Counted from the stretch's first letter, positions 20,223 through 32,025 are shown. The stretch is 64,000 bases of DNA from an uncultured virus (IMG/VR IMGVR_UViG_3300031867_000012) (IMGVR_UViG_3300031867_000012); one strand, 5' to 3'. The notes: a model not told the origin generated them from the letters alone. Made by a program: numbers and translations.

Positions 20223-20747
20223 ATGAAATCACTTCAACAATTCATATTAGAAGAATATAAAGATTATCGTGTTAAAAATCTAGAAGTTCCTTATATTGTT
20301 AATCCTGATAAAGATTATATAGTATTCAAAATACCAGAAATTTGGTCTGAAGATGATTTTCAAATTTACATCCAAGATAGGTATTTGAATGATATGCCTG
20401 GTGGTGAAGATTATACAGAAGATTTCTTTGGTACAAATGCAGAAAATATTTTTGATGTAGTTTTTGAATATGAGACTTATGAAAAATCAGAAGAAACTGA
20501 TGAGAAGGATTTTGTAGATTTTGATACTAATTATGATAATAAGGTAAAAGATGATGCAAAGTTTGTTTATGTAAAGTTAGAGAAATTAAGATATATTATT
20601 AAGTTTGATGAATTTGATTTAAAAGATGAATCTATTGATGATATAAATCAAACTTTAATAGAAATATTTAAACGATGTGAATCATCAAAAGAAAATGAAT
20701 GGCCTTTAGAAATCATTTTAGATGAGAAAAATATTAAATATAAATGA
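20223..20747 (+). CDS. acidic putative virion internal protein
   Basis: N-terminus MKSLQQFILE; Asp/Glu-rich. Confidence 0.6.
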   Translation: MKSLQQFILEEYKDYRVKNLEVPYIVNPDKDYIVFKIPEIWSEDDFQIYIQDRYLNDMPGGEDYTEDFFGTNAENIFDVVFEYETYEKSEETDEKDFVDFDTNYDNKVKDDAKFVYVKLEKLRYIIKFDEFDLKDESIDDINQTLIEIFKRCESSKENEWPLEIILDEKNIKYK

Positions 20748-20770
20748 GGTATGTAGTTACCTCATTTTTT
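20742..20770 (+). terminator. intrinsic terminator
   Basis: AAATGAGGTA/TACCTCATTT plus T run. Confidence 0.7.
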
Positions 20771-20817
20771 ATTTTTATATAATTTTAACTATATTAATAA
20801 AAATATGATCAAAATAA

Positions 20818-22158
20818 ATGAAATTTAACAAACACACAATTTACATTGGCCTTTTTGCCATTTTGTATTTAATCGTTGCATTTAGTTCATTTTGGCATGC
20901 TGTTGCTTTCTTTGGATTAGCTAATAATTCATGGATGTCAGTTATATTAGCATTTGCATTTGAGGTAGGTCAAGCTGCAGTATTATTTTCTTTGTTAACA
21001 TCTAAGAAAGATCGAGGAAGAATAATGCCATGGGTACTTATGTCAATGTTTACTTTAGTTCAGGTTATTGGTAATGTTTATAGTTCATATAAATATATTA
21101 TTACCAATTCAGTTGATAATTTAAGATATTTTAAAGAGCCAATATTTATTTGGACTGATTTACCAAATGACCAAGCAAATGTTATTATTGTTTATCTTGT
21201 AGGTGCATTACTTCCTATTGCCGCTCTTCTATTAACATCAATGATTACCAATTATTTAACGGATGTAGAAGAAGATAAGAATACATCTTTAATGGATAAA
21301 GAAAACCAAGAAAAATTTGAAAAGGTTTTAGATGAAGCACCAGAAGCACCAATGGTTCTTAATGAAGGAGATTCTTTATTAAATCAAAATTCTATGCTTC
21401 ATATGGAAAATCAAGGATTAACAGAATCTAATCAAAAGAAAGATGAAGAAATAGAACAACTAAAAGAACAATTACACCAAACTGAAGAAGATCATGATAA
21501 AATGGTAAATGAAAAATTTGCTACAGAAAAAAAATTTGATGAGTTATTACATGATTATACTGAACAAAATAAAGAATTTCACCAATTAAAAGAAGAATTA
21601 AAATCTAAACAAGAATTAATTGATTCACAAAATCAAAAAATAAATGATTTAGATAAAGAAAATCAAGAATTAGTTAAAGAAAAATTTGATAAAGAACCTA
21701 AAGAAGATGAATATTTAGAAAAACATAATTCATTAAAAGAATATGATAACGAAGAAGAAATTCGAGAGGATGGTTTGGAAGAAAATGGACAAATTAATGA
21801 GGAAGGAATTGAAGGAGATGAAAGAAAAGAAGATGAATCAAATAATATTAGACCTGAATCCTCAGAAAAAATAATTGATGGAGAAGATGATCGAAAAGAA
21901 GATAAATTGGATAATGAAGGACAAAGACCTTTGGAAACAACAGATAAACAAACAGAAGAGACAGTTTCAGAAATTCCAAATACAAATGATGAAGGATCAA
22001 TTAAAGAAGAAGATACAAAATCTAATGGATTAGTTGGAGACAAAGGAGATATGGATATAATAGATGAGAATTTAAAAGTTGCTGATGCTTTAATGGGAGG
22101 AAATATTTTAAGTAGATCTAAAAAATATTCACATTTCATAAATAATAACAAAAAATAA
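20818..22158 (+). CDS. membrane protein with coiled coil and acidic tail
   Basis: About four hydrophobic N-terminal helices, then a Glu/Lys coiled coil. Confidence 0.75.
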   Translation: MKFNKHTIYIGLFAILYLIVAFSSFWHAVAFFGLANNSWMSVILAFAFEVGQAAVLFSLLTSKKDRGRIMPWVLMSMFTLVQVIGNVYSSYKYIITNSVDNLRYFKEPIFIWTDLPNDQANVIIVYLVGALLPIAALLLTSMITNYLTDVEEDKNTSLMDKENQEKFEKVLDEAPEAPMVLNEGDSLLNQNSMLHMENQGLTESNQKKDEEIEQLKEQLHQTEEDHDKMVNEKFATEKKFDELLHDYTEQNKEFHQLKEELKSKQELIDSQNQKINDLDKENQELVKEKFDKEPKEDEYLEKHNSLKEYDNEEEIREDGLEENGQINEEGIEGDERKEDESNNIRPESSEKIIDGEDDRKEDKLDNEGQRPLETTDKQTEETVSEIPNTNDEGSIKEEDTKSNGLVGDKGDMDIIDENLKVADALMGGNILSRSKKYSHFINNNKK

Positions 22159-22161
22159 TTT

Positions 22162-22192
22162 AAAAGGAGTTAACTTATGTTAATTCCTTTTT
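22162..22192 (+). terminator. intrinsic terminator
   Basis: AAAAGGAGTTAAC/GTTAATTCCTTTT. Confidence 0.65.
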
Positions 22193-22324
22193 TATTTTTA
22201 ACTATATTAAAATAGATAAGTAGTATTGTTTTAGTATTGAGGAATTAAAAAATCCTTTTGAGTGTTAATTTCAAAGACACAATAATATTAAAACATAGTG
22301 TAATAAAAATATAAAACTAAAACT

Positions 22325-23272
22325 ATGAACAAGACAATTAATGAACAATTGGCTAAAATTGCCGTAAACAAATCTCTTCTTAAAGAATATTCAAATTCTT
22401 CCAATGATCGTATCGTCTATATGAATGATGGTACTGAATTCCAAATTCAAATTTTTAATCCTTATTCTTATACTATTGGTATATCATTTTCTTTTAATGA
22501 AAAAAATGGTAGTTATAGTTCGTGGGGAGAACAACTTTTAGTAGTTAAACCTGGTCAACGTGTTTGGTTAGAAAGATACTTAAATGATGAAGCTAAATTA
22601 TTATTTAGTACTTATGAAGTTGGGAATTCTAAAGCAGTTAAAGAAGCTATTAAAGATAATGGTACATTAACTATTAAATTCTATAAAGAAAAGGAAAAAA
22701 TTAAGTATCAACCGGTAACAACTATTTGGTATGATAATAGAAATTATATTGATTATTGTGATACTATTCAAGGAACTTCTGCTATAAATTATTGTGATGC
22801 TTCTGTAGATTCTATTAAATTATGTAATTGTAATACTGGTAATGCCACAACTAATGCAGTGTATAATTCAGCATCAACTTTAGGATTTGATATGGCAAAA
22901 TCAGAAACTAGAGCAATGGGTAAATCAATTGAAACTGGTCGTATTGATAAAGGTAGTCATTCTTCACAGAAATTTAATAGTATTAATATTGATTTTGAAT
23001 ATTATCCATTTTCTACAGAAATAATTAAAATATTACCAACTTCACAAAAACCAATAACATCACAAGATTTACAAAAAATATATTGTCCTAATTGTGGTAG
23101 AAAACTTAATACTAAATATAAGTTTTGTCCATATTGTGGTACTAAAGTAGATTATTGTCCAAATAATAACAACCAAAATAGAGGATATATAATAGAAAAA
23201 TGTCCTAATTGTGGTAGAAATGTAAGAAGTAATATGATGGAATGCCCACATTGTGGAGAAATATTAAGATAA
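22325..23272 (+). CDS. protein with C-terminal double zinc ribbons
   Basis: CPNC...CPYC and CPNC...CPHC. Confidence 0.8.
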   Translation: MNKTINEQLAKIAVNKSLLKEYSNSSNDRIVYMNDGTEFQIQIFNPYSYTIGISFSFNEKNGSYSSWGEQLLVVKPGQRVWLERYLNDEAKLLFSTYEVGNSKAVKEAIKDNGTLTIKFYKEKEKIKYQPVTTIWYDNRNYIDYCDTIQGTSAINYCDASVDSIKLCNCNTGNATTNAVYNSASTLGFDMAKSETRAMGKSIETGRIDKGSHSSQKFNSINIDFEYYPFSTEIIKILPTSQKPITSQDLQKIYCPNCGRKLNTKYKFCPYCGTKVDYCPNNNNQNRGYIIEKCPNCGRNVRSNMMECPHCGEILR

Positions 23273-23296
23273 GAATTTAATAAATATATATTCAAG

Positions 23297-23323
23297 AGGA
23301 TAGGTTTGTACCTATCCTTTTTT
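23297..23323 (+). terminator. intrinsic terminator
   Basis: AGGATAGGT/ACCTATCCT plus T run. Confidence 0.7.
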
Positions 23324-23359
23324 ATTTTTAATAAACAAATTTATTCAAAACAATTTAAT

Positions 23360-26300
23360 ATGTTCAAAGCATTATTGAAAACATTACCAAGCTTATCAGG
23401 TAATATGAAGCTTAGTTGTTTTATTAGTGATTATAAGAAAATTAATAAATTATATTATTGTAATGTTAAAGTAGCAAAACTTTTACCAATTGCCCATACA
23501 TTATATGATAAGAATATATATGTTAATTTAAAAAATAATAGTTTTGAATATGATGTAAAGAATTTTTATAAGAATTATTATGATGTTTTTTATAAATCAA
23601 ATTATAATTATTCTCAAATAAATATTCCAGTTATTGATTTTACTAGTAATTTACCAGATGAAAATGAAGATTTTTTATTTGGATGTAAACGTATTTCTTA
23701 TAGTAAGTATAATAATCAAATAGCATTTTTTGCTCCTATTTATATTGAAGGAATAGAAGATATTAAAGATAAATATTTTAAGATTACATGTACATTTAAT
23801 AAAATTAGTAAAGTTAAAAAAGAATTAATAATTGATATTTATAATAATGAAGATGGTGAAAACTATTTAGCCGATTATTTAAAACGTTATTCTAATAAGA
23901 TTGATGATAAAGTAATATATATGTCAAGTACTTATAAGAATATTTATTATGGTATTGATTTATTACATGGAGGATTTATTCATATAGAAGATAATATTAG
24001 TAAGAATCTTTATAAACAATATTATACAATTAATGATTTTGATGCAATAATTAATTTTGGTTATAAAAGAAATAATATGATGATGAAACAAATTATCCCA
24101 TTATCTTTTTATTTCAATCCACAAGATTTATTGACACCATATGAAAAAAGTATTTATAAAGATGCAAAAATAACAATATCAGGAGAGTGGTATACCAAAG
24201 GAAAAAATACACCAGAAAAATTCTATAATTTTTCAGATAATTATACTTATTATAATGAAGCAATTTATCAATTATTCTCATCTAATATATTTGCTTATAC
24301 TGATAGTTATAAAAATATTTTAGATATGGGCTATCCTGCATTTAAAGAAGCATCTTCTGAAAATTATAAATATATTAATACAATAGTTAAGAATTATAAT
24401 AGATGGAAATTAAAATATTCATCTGATGAATACCCATATATTATAAATAATAGTTTTGCATTTTCTAATAATCAAAATTCATTATATAGTTATAAAGAAT
24501 TTCCTTTAAATTATAAACCAAAAGATGCAATATGTAAATTTAAAGGAGAAAACTATAATATGTTTTTTGATTTGAATGATATATATAATGATGCTGGTAA
24601 TTTATTAAATATCAAATCAGATTATTATGATTATTTCAATAAGAATTATATTACTAATTTCTATAATTTACTTATAAAGAAAAATGATAATACTTATGAT
24701 AATATATTTACTAATGATAGTTATTGGACTTCTATAAATCAAGATAATAAATTATATTATAAAGGTGTTTTATATGATTTCAATATCATATATTCACAAT
24801 ATAAAGATATGCCTAAGATTGATAAATTTAGTATATTTGTCAATCCAGAGATGATGTCATCTATATCCAATTGGGATTATAATATAACATATAATTCAGT
24901 AAAATATACAATACATTCAAATAATACATTAGAAAGTTTTAATCAATTATCTGAAAAAGTTTTAGAAAAACCAATTGATACAATTTCTAGTTATATTTAT
25001 AAATATGATTTTATTAATTCTAATAATTCATATATTACAAATAATACAATTGTATATAATGAACCATGTGATTTTGTAAATGATAAATCTGGGGATTATG
25101 TTGATATTAATGCATATTTTATGAATTATCAAGAAAATGATAAATTACATTATTCTGATCAAAACTTATATGTTGATGTTAAAGAAGTATTAATGTATTC
25201 TAATTTGTTTATAAATGAATATAATCAAACATTATATGATAAAATATATAATAATTATGAATTAAATATTATTAATGGATATAAAATTATTGATATTAAA
25301 TATAAGAATAATATCATTAGTGAAATATATAGTAAATTATTAACTCTTTATCCTGATAAAACATATCAATTTAATAATGATAATTTAATTTATAGTGAAC
25401 ATAAATTCTTAGAAAATGATGATATATATTGGGCATTTGATTATTTATATTTTTCAATATACCCTAATAAGATAAAATATAAATTATTGGATAACTATCA
25501 ATTATTATCACAATCATCTTATGATACAAAAATAACAATATACTTTAAGACAGATTTTATATTAATAAATGATTTAAAGAAATTATATAATTATATAGAA
25601 GATCCTAATTTTGGGTTATTAAATAAATATTATATTTCTAATACATTATATGATAAAGATGATAAACAACCATATAGTGATATATGCTTTATTAAATTAA
25701 AAGAAAAGGATAATCATTATGGAAAATATACCCAATATGATTTTCCAGAAAATAATGGGGCAGAATTAGATAATTTCTATGAAAATGTATTATTTATTGA
25801 TCCATATAATTTAAATAGATTCTATTTAGAATATTTTAAAGAAGAAAATATTAATACATTCAAGTTCTATCATGTAAAAGATTGTTATTGTAATTTTTTG
25901 AATATAGAACATGTTCATAAATATTTTTCTAATCTTTATAATGATGAAGATTTAAATTTATTTAAAAAAGATTCAAATAATCATACAATATCTAATGAAG
26001 AACGTTTAATTTTAATTCAAAATACAATATATATAAAATTACATTTATTAAATAATGTAGTTGTTGATTATGATAATAAATCTGGAATTAATTTTATTAA
26101 TACTACAACAATACATATTCCATTAAATGAATTCTTTAAAAAAGGAAATAATACATCACCAATTAATTTATATCAACTATTAGATTATATTGGATATGAT
26201 GATAATGGATATTTCTATTTCACAAATAATTATTTTGTAGATTATAAAAAGTATTTAAAAAATTTACCTTATAATATACATAATTTTGAATTATGTTTTA

Positions 26301-27820
26301 AAAAGACTATGGGTGTAGTTAATACAAAACTTTATAATCTTATCATGCAATTAAACTCACATAATTTATTTAAAGATTTATATCTTTATAGATTATATAA
26401 TTATAATGATTATAAGTTTGAATATGTATTAAATAACCAAAAACTAAATACAACAGCATTTAATTATGCTTCTGATAATATTAATTTAAGAAATGAAAGA
26501 GATAAAGAATGGGAAGCTACAAAGATTTATGATACCCAAGAATTAGAACTTTATCCTTATTTTAATGATATTTATAATGAAGAAAAAATTCATACTAAAA
26601 TTTATAATGATACATTCTTAAATAATATTATCAAATCAGAAAATAGTGATACATATAAACATGCAGTATATAATATAGATACCCTCGTTTATTTACCAAG
26701 GGACCCAGAAAATCCTAATTTAGGTTTATGCTCATATAGATATTCATTATATACAAAATACAATAATTGTATTATAAATTCATACAATTTTATAAATAAA
26801 TATATGGATTATAATAATGAAAATTCATATAATAGTGCATATACTGAATGGTATAAAGATTATGGTAAGATGATTACTTATAATTGTAATGGTACAACTT
26901 ATGGATTTTATATTATTCATGAAGAATTTGATAATACAAGAAATACATTAAATTTATTAAGTGAGAATTTTAATAAGATAAATGTAGCATCATACATTAA
27001 TGGAATTGAATCTAATAAGATATTCAATAATCAATATACTTATTTGACACAATATTATCATAATTTAGTTCCATATATTAATAATTCAAATATTGTAAAA
27101 GATTTTTTAAATAATGTAAATATTGTCATTAAACCTAATAAATATACTTTAACAAATATTTATCAACAATATCCTAATAATGACGAAAATAATGGTACAA
27201 GTTATTCTTATAATATTATATTAAAAGGAAAGACTAATTTACAATTATTAAGATATTTTGATAATATTACTCCATATATATATGAATCTAATAATGTAAC
27301 ATCATATCATCTTTATTATAAGAATACTGATAGATTTGTTGAAAATGATTTATATGTTAAAAAATTCTCATATATAATGTATCATCAAACACATAATATT
27401 TATGATGATAAATCAATATCTTATTTTGATAATTTGAATTATCAAAACCAAAATTTAGGATATTTAGATATAACAATATCACATTTTACACCAGTTGAAT
27501 ATAAAAATTATAATAACAATAAATTCTATAATTTAGAAACATCATTTTCTGTAAATCCTCAATCTAATAATTCAGATAATAAAAATTTATTTACTAAAAA
27601 AGAAATTGATATATTGGAAAATGATAAAAATTATGTTTATAATTTATTTAGACAACATTTATTAAATGAAAATAAGATGTTATCAGAAAATGATATTTTA
27701 TTTTTATATAAGAAATATGATGTTAAATTTTCTCATAATATAAAATCTTTCCATAAGAATTCTAATGGTGATAGAGATTATGACTTATATACATTAACAA
27801 TTAAATATACTTTATTCTAA
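23360..27820 (+). CDS. large Asn/Tyr-rich hypothetical protein, possibly structural
   Basis: About 1490-aa uninterrupted ORF; ATG 23360 lies after the terminator. Confidence 0.75.
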   Translation: MFKALLKTLPSLSGNMKLSCFISDYKKINKLYYCNVKVAKLLPIAHTLYDKNIYVNLKNNSFEYDVKNFYKNYYDVFYKSNYNYSQINIPVIDFTSNLPDENEDFLFGCKRISYSKYNNQIAFFAPIYIEGIEDIKDKYFKITCTFNKISKVKKELIIDIYNNEDGENYLADYLKRYSNKIDDKVIYMSSTYKNIYYGIDLLHGGFIHIEDNISKNLYKQYYTINDFDAIINFGYKRNNMMMKQIIPLSFYFNPQDLLTPYEKSIYKDAKITISGEWYTKGKNTPEKFYNFSDNYTYYNEAIYQLFSSNIFAYTDSYKNILDMGYPAFKEASSENYKYINTIVKNYNRWKLKYSSDEYPYIINNSFAFSNNQNSLYSYKEFPLNYKPKDAICKFKGENYNMFFDLNDIYNDAGNLLNIKSDYYDYFNKNYITNFYNLLIKKNDNTYDNIFTNDSYWTSINQDNKLYYKGVLYDFNIIYSQYKDMPKIDKFSIFVNPEMMSSISNWDYNITYNSVKYTIHSNNTLESFNQLSEKVLEKPIDTISSYIYKYDFINSNNSYITNNTIVYNEPCDFVNDKSGDYVDINAYFMNYQENDKLHYSDQNLYVDVKEVLMYSNLFINEYNQTLYDKIYNNYELNIINGYKIIDIKYKNNIISEIYSKLLTLYPDKTYQFNNDNLIYSEHKFLENDDIYWAFDYLYFSIYPNKIKYKLLDNYQLLSQSSYDTKITIYFKTDFILINDLKKLYNYIEDPNFGLLNKYYISNTLYDKDDKQPYSDICFIKLKEKDNHYGKYTQYDFPENNGAELDNFYENVLFIDPYNLNRFYLEYFKEENINTFKFYHVKDCYCNFLNIEHVHKYFSNLYNDEDLNLFKKDSNNHTISNEERLILIQNTIYIKLHLLNNVVVDYDNKSGINFINTTTIHIPLNEFFKKGNNTSPINLYQLLDYIGYDDNGYFYFTNNYFVDYKKYLKNLPYNIHNFELCFKKTMGVVNTKLYNLIMQLNSHNLFKDLYLYRLYNYNDYKFEYVLNNQKLNTTAFNYASDNINLRNERDKEWEATKIYDTQELELYPYFNDIYNEEKIHTKIYNDTFLNNIIKSENSDTYKHAVYNIDTLVYLPRDPENPNLGLCSYRYSLYTKYNNCIINSYNFINKYMDYNNENSYNSAYTEWYKDYGKMITYNCNGTTYGFYIIHEEFDNTRNTLNLLSENFNKINVASYINGIESNKIFNNQYTYLTQYYHNLVPYINNSNIVKDFLNNVNIVIKPNKYTLTNIYQQYPNNDENNGTSYSYNIILKGKTNLQLLRYFDNITPYIYESNNVTSYHLYYKNTDRFVENDLYVKKFSYIMYHQTHNIYDDKSISYFDNLNYQNQNLGYLDITISHFTPVEYKNYNNNKFYNLETSFSVNPQSNNSDNKNLFTKKEIDILENDKNYVYNLFRQHLLNENKMLSENDILFLYKKYDVKFSHNIKSFHKNSNGDRDYDLYTLTIKYTLF

Positions 27821-27821
27821 A

Positions 27822-30509
27822 ATGCCTATACAAAACATCCAAGGATTGGTTGATAAAAAAGGATTATCATATATACCTAATTTTACAAGAGAGTATTATG
27901 AAGAAGGTTTGGCCAACTTAGGTCAAAGAAATACTAATGACTCAATATTAGAAAGTATAACATTTACAATTAATGATGTATTTTCTGAATTAAATAATTA
28001 TCTCCAAAATCAAAATCCTAATCCTTATTTATATGTAATTTATTATAATCCAGTTCCAAATAGTATTGGTTCTTTTTATACATTAAATGCAGAAAATATT
28101 AAATCAAAATTAAATTTGGTAACTGAAATTGATGATAATATAGAAAATTTACAAAATACTATTGAATATTTACAATCAACTTCTATAGATGATTTAATTG
28201 AAGATGGTTGTATTAGTAAATTAGTAATATCTGGTGTTAATTTAGGATCTACTGATAATACATATATTATATTAAATAAAAAACTTAATATTATTTCTGA
28301 ATTATTTGATTATATTAATAATCCTATAGATAATAATGGTGATCCTTTACAAGATGAAAATAATGTGGATATTCATCCAATTAGAAATAATAAGATTTTT
28401 ATCCCATTAAATTATGAATTTGGATATATAGCTAATGGCATTAGTAAATCAATACTTTATCATAGTTTTAAAGATATTTATGTTAATGTTCTTCCAGAAG
28501 GATTTAATAATAAAGAAGATGATTATGAATTAGAATCAATTGATCTTTATTTAAACAATAATATATTTTATTTTTCAGATCAATCATTTATTAAAACAGA
28601 TATTTATGAATATGTATTTAAGATAGAAGATGATGATGAAAAAATAATATGTTCTAAGAAATTTACTTTACCTTATGTTAATAGTGATGATTATTGGGTA
28701 ATTAATGGCCAAAAAACTAGTATTCAAGCAAAAGCCCATGATGCAATTAACCTTAATATTATTTTAGCTTACTATTACAAGAATGGTGATATTGTAAATT
28801 ATAAATATTTATCTGGATTAAATAATAATTTTATAATTGATAGAATAGGGTACCAAGAACAACCTACTGAATTTAAAATAAAGAATGAAAAGGATGTAAT
28901 TAATTGTGCAATAAAAACACCAAAAATTAAAGAAACTGCTTTATCAACTAAAGATGGTAAAAAATTACAAACAATATTACAAAATTCAACATTAATTGTT
29001 GTTTCTAAAATTACTGATATATTAGTTGGAAATAATAATAATATAGATAAGTTTGGTGATGGGTTTGTAACAACTATGTGGAATTATGTATATACTGATG
29101 AAAATGATAAAGATGGCCATTTTGAATGTATATGTATAGATGAAGATATTGCATTAGATTTTAATCAATTAACAAATTTTGATAATCTTTTAAAATATGA
29201 GATTCAATATGTTAATCAAATAAAGCCAGATAATTATCTATATCGTCATTTAATATTTGATCAAATTTATCAACAATTAAAACAAGATAATAACCAAACA
29301 ATTTATTCTTATCCGGTTTTACAAAATATTAAAGGTTCTCAATATAATAACAAATATTCAAATAATATGAACTTCTCATTGAAATATGTCAATTATATTT
29401 CAGGAGAAATTGGAAAGGATATTAAAGGAGTTTCAAAAAATTCAGATACTAAATATTTAAAAAATAATGCAAATACTTCCAATGTTACCAATGTTGTAAC
29501 AAATGCATTATATCAATATGTTGTAAATAATAAAGTAAATTATTATAATGAATATGTTCCAAATTATAATGTTCCATTATTTGATGTTTCTGAAATTCTT
29601 ATAAAAGACTTTAATGTATTAAATAAAACAAATATTATTTCTTTAGATTATGATGGTACAATGTATTATAGTTATATTGGTACAACACATCAATCATCTA
29701 AAAATATTCTTACTATTGGTTCATCAAATTTAAATATTAATTTAGGAGAAACTACTTTAACAGATTATAATACAAAAACACATTTTAGTAAACAACAATC
29801 ATTAAATATTGATTTTGATAATATTAATGCCAATGGTAAATTAAAAGTTACAAATGATTTTGAAGTTGATGGAAATATTATATTAAATAATAAATTTGAA
29901 TGGACTAAATCAACAATTAATGACATTGAAATACAAAGTACATCATTTATTCCACAATTTAAATATTATAGTTTTAATAATACACTAACAAATAGTACTA
30001 ATATTTATAAAATATTAAATTTAGATACTTTAGAGACAGATATTAAAAATTTATCTACATTGGCATCTAATAATGGATTAGGATATGGTACTGATGCTGC
30101 TAAACAATATTTATATATAAGTCCAATTATTTCAGTGAAGCATTCATTGGAAAATCAAATGAGATATTATTATAAATATAATGATTTATTAATTTTACCA
30201 AACTTAGTAAAATATTTAGGATTTGATCCAAATATTATTGTAAATTTTGAATCTAATACAAATGATATTATAACTGTAGGAGGAAAAGCTTTATATTTAG
30301 TTTCATCAAATAATATATTAGCAGATTCTATTTCTATTGTTAGTTCTACAGATACTGGTGTTACTATTGATACGTTAAACACTAAAGAATTTTATTTAGG
30401 TAATACTTTATATATAACTTATATAGAATCACAAAATAAATTAATTGTGAATGAAATACAATCCAATAAGATTAAATCTATTTGGAAGATTCCAACAAAA
30501 ATAAATTAA
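27822..30509 (+). CDS. large hypothetical protein, possibly tail/baseplate-associated
   Basis: 895-aa ORF with PYVNSDDYWVING motif; lies upstream of the fibre gene. Confidence 0.7.
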   Translation: MPIQNIQGLVDKKGLSYIPNFTREYYEEGLANLGQRNTNDSILESITFTINDVFSELNNYLQNQNPNPYLYVIYYNPVPNSIGSFYTLNAENIKSKLNLVTEIDDNIENLQNTIEYLQSTSIDDLIEDGCISKLVISGVNLGSTDNTYIILNKKLNIISELFDYINNPIDNNGDPLQDENNVDIHPIRNNKIFIPLNYEFGYIANGISKSILYHSFKDIYVNVLPEGFNNKEDDYELESIDLYLNNNIFYFSDQSFIKTDIYEYVFKIEDDDEKIICSKKFTLPYVNSDDYWVINGQKTSIQAKAHDAINLNIILAYYYKNGDIVNYKYLSGLNNNFIIDRIGYQEQPTEFKIKNEKDVINCAIKTPKIKETALSTKDGKKLQTILQNSTLIVVSKITDILVGNNNNIDKFGDGFVTTMWNYVYTDENDKDGHFECICIDEDIALDFNQLTNFDNLLKYEIQYVNQIKPDNYLYRHLIFDQIYQQLKQDNNQTIYSYPVLQNIKGSQYNNKYSNNMNFSLKYVNYISGEIGKDIKGVSKNSDTKYLKNNANTSNVTNVVTNALYQYVVNNKVNYYNEYVPNYNVPLFDVSEILIKDFNVLNKTNIISLDYDGTMYYSYIGTTHQSSKNILTIGSSNLNINLGETTLTDYNTKTHFSKQQSLNIDFDNINANGKLKVTNDFEVDGNIILNNKFEWTKSTINDIEIQSTSFIPQFKYYSFNNTLTNSTNIYKILNLDTLETDIKNLSTLASNNGLGYGTDAAKQYLYISPIISVKHSLENQMRYYYKYNDLLILPNLVKYLGFDPNIIVNFESNTNDIITVGGKALYLVSSNNILADSISIVSSTDTGVTIDTLNTKEFYLGNTLYITYIESQNKLIVNEIQSNKIKSIWKIPTKIN

Positions 30510-30518
30510 TATAATTAG

Positions 30519-31049
30519 ATGCTAAAATTTTTAATAATAGGAGAAAATTCAATTGATAAAATATCTTTAATTAATTTGTTATTAAAAAATGAAAATCTTT
30601 TTAAAGTTGCAAAAATATTTGTTACAGAAGAAAATAAAGTAGATAATTTTCATTATTTAATATCAAATGAAGAATTAAATAGATGTTATAAAAATAATGC
30701 CATATTATATGTAAAAACCATCATTAATGAAAGCTATGGCATAACTTTAGATTCATTTTATGAAAATAATCTAATATTTATGAATACTGAAGATTTTAAT
30801 AATATTTCTAATAAAATATTTTTATCAAATAATGAATTAGTTATTGTGTGGTTAGATACAAAAAATCATGATAAAAATAGAATTAAAAAAGAAATTAAAG
30901 AATCACAATATATAATTGAAAAAATTAATTCTGATAATTTAAATTATCTTTATTTTTTGGATAAAGATAATATAGAAGTAATGGATATAATAGTTGAATA
31001 TTTACTTAATAAAGAAAAAAGACAAGAATTATTGGAAATTTATTCATAA
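30519..31049 (+). CDS. degenerate guanylate-kinase-like protein
   Basis: IIGENSIDKISL (decayed P-loop), HYLISNEE, YGIT. Confidence 0.5.
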   Translation: MLKFLIIGENSIDKISLINLLLKNENLFKVAKIFVTEENKVDNFHYLISNEELNRCYKNNAILYVKTIINESYGITLDSFYENNLIFMNTEDFNNISNKIFLSNNELVIVWLDTKNHDKNRIKKEIKESQYIIEKINSDNLNYLYFLDKDNIEVMDIIVEYLLNKEKRQELLEIYS

Positions 31050-31051
31050 TT

Positions 31052-31081
31052 TTGAATTTTTTATTTTAATATTTCTATATT
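31052..31081 (+). promoter_or_regulatory. putative phage promoter
   Basis: TTGAAT-N18-TATATT. Confidence 0.55.
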
Positions 31082-31120
31082 TTAATATATGTTAAATAAA
31101 AATATGTTAAAATATATTAA

Positions 31121-31687
31121 ATGAATGAACACGGATCAGGCATGATTCCTCCTGGTAAATGGGTAAATACTCAAACTGGTGAAGAAGTTTATGTACGAGA
31201 TAGTTTAATTGATGGTGATAAAATGGTTGTTATTACCAATAAAGGTCAATTATCGATGGATGAATTTTCTAAATATATTCAATGTGAAGAAGGAGAAATT
31301 GTTCCAACATTAGCAGATTTATATGGTAAAAAAGATCCATCATTAATGGCTAGAATTAATCAAGGTATAGATGCAGAAGATAGAATAAAAATATCAGACC
31401 CAACCATACAAACAAGTGTTAATATAGCATCTACTTTTAAAAAAGTTGAAGAAAACCCTAATTATGATTTAATTAAAAAAGTTTTTGATAAATATCAAAT
31501 TGAAAGAACAATTAAATTTGAAATAGTTGAAAATGAATGGCCATTTAAAGAGTTTAATATGTTAGTCAATGTATTAGACGTGCCGCTTAAAGATATATGT
31601 GATTATGTTATTGATAATTTCTTAGATAAAGATCATTTATCTGAAAGCTTGTCTAAGTATTTTGAAGAACATATTAGTGAGTGTTAA
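31121..31687 (+). CDS. hypothetical protein
   Basis: 188-aa ORF. Confidence 0.75.
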   Translation: MNEHGSGMIPPGKWVNTQTGEEVYVRDSLIDGDKMVVITNKGQLSMDEFSKYIQCEEGEIVPTLADLYGKKDPSLMARINQGIDAEDRIKISDPTIQTSVNIASTFKKVEENPNYDLIKKVFDKYQIERTIKFEIVENEWPFKEFNMLVNVLDVPLKDICDYVIDNFLDKDHLSESLSKYFEEHISEC

Positions 31688-31711
31688 GAAATATAATGTT
31701 TAACTTTTAAA

Positions 31712-31948
31712 ATGGATCGAAATGAGTATGAATTTGCAAAAGAAATTGTTAATATAGATTATAAGATAGATAAAGCTTTAGAATATGTACAAGAAAATTT
31801 TGGAGTAAAAGCAGAATATGATGAAGAAAATTCAATAATCAATCTATCTACATCTAATGTTAATGAAGGATTACAATTAATTGCAGCAAATAATTATATT
31901 AAAGAAAATTTAGATTCTTCATTTGTTACAACAAATATTGAAGAATAA
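31712..31948 (+). CDS. hypothetical protein
   Basis: 78-aa ORF followed by a terminator. Confidence 0.65.
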   Translation: MDRNEYEFAKEIVNIDYKIDKALEYVQENFGVKAEYDEENSIINLSTSNVNEGLQLIAANNYIKENLDSSFVTTNIEE

Positions 31949-31957
31949 TTTAAATAT

Positions 31958-31987
31958 AAGGTTACTAATATATTAGTAACCTTTTTT
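31958..31987 (+). terminator. intrinsic terminator
   Basis: AAGGTTACTAAT/ATTAGTAACCTT plus T run. Confidence 0.7.
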
Positions 31988-32025
31988 ATTTTTAATAAAT
32001 GAAATAAAATGTTTGTATATATTAA

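Noticed and set aside
21663..22151. 162-aa minus-strand Ser-rich ORF
   Set aside because: Antisense shadow of the Glu/Asp-rich tail of 20818-22158.
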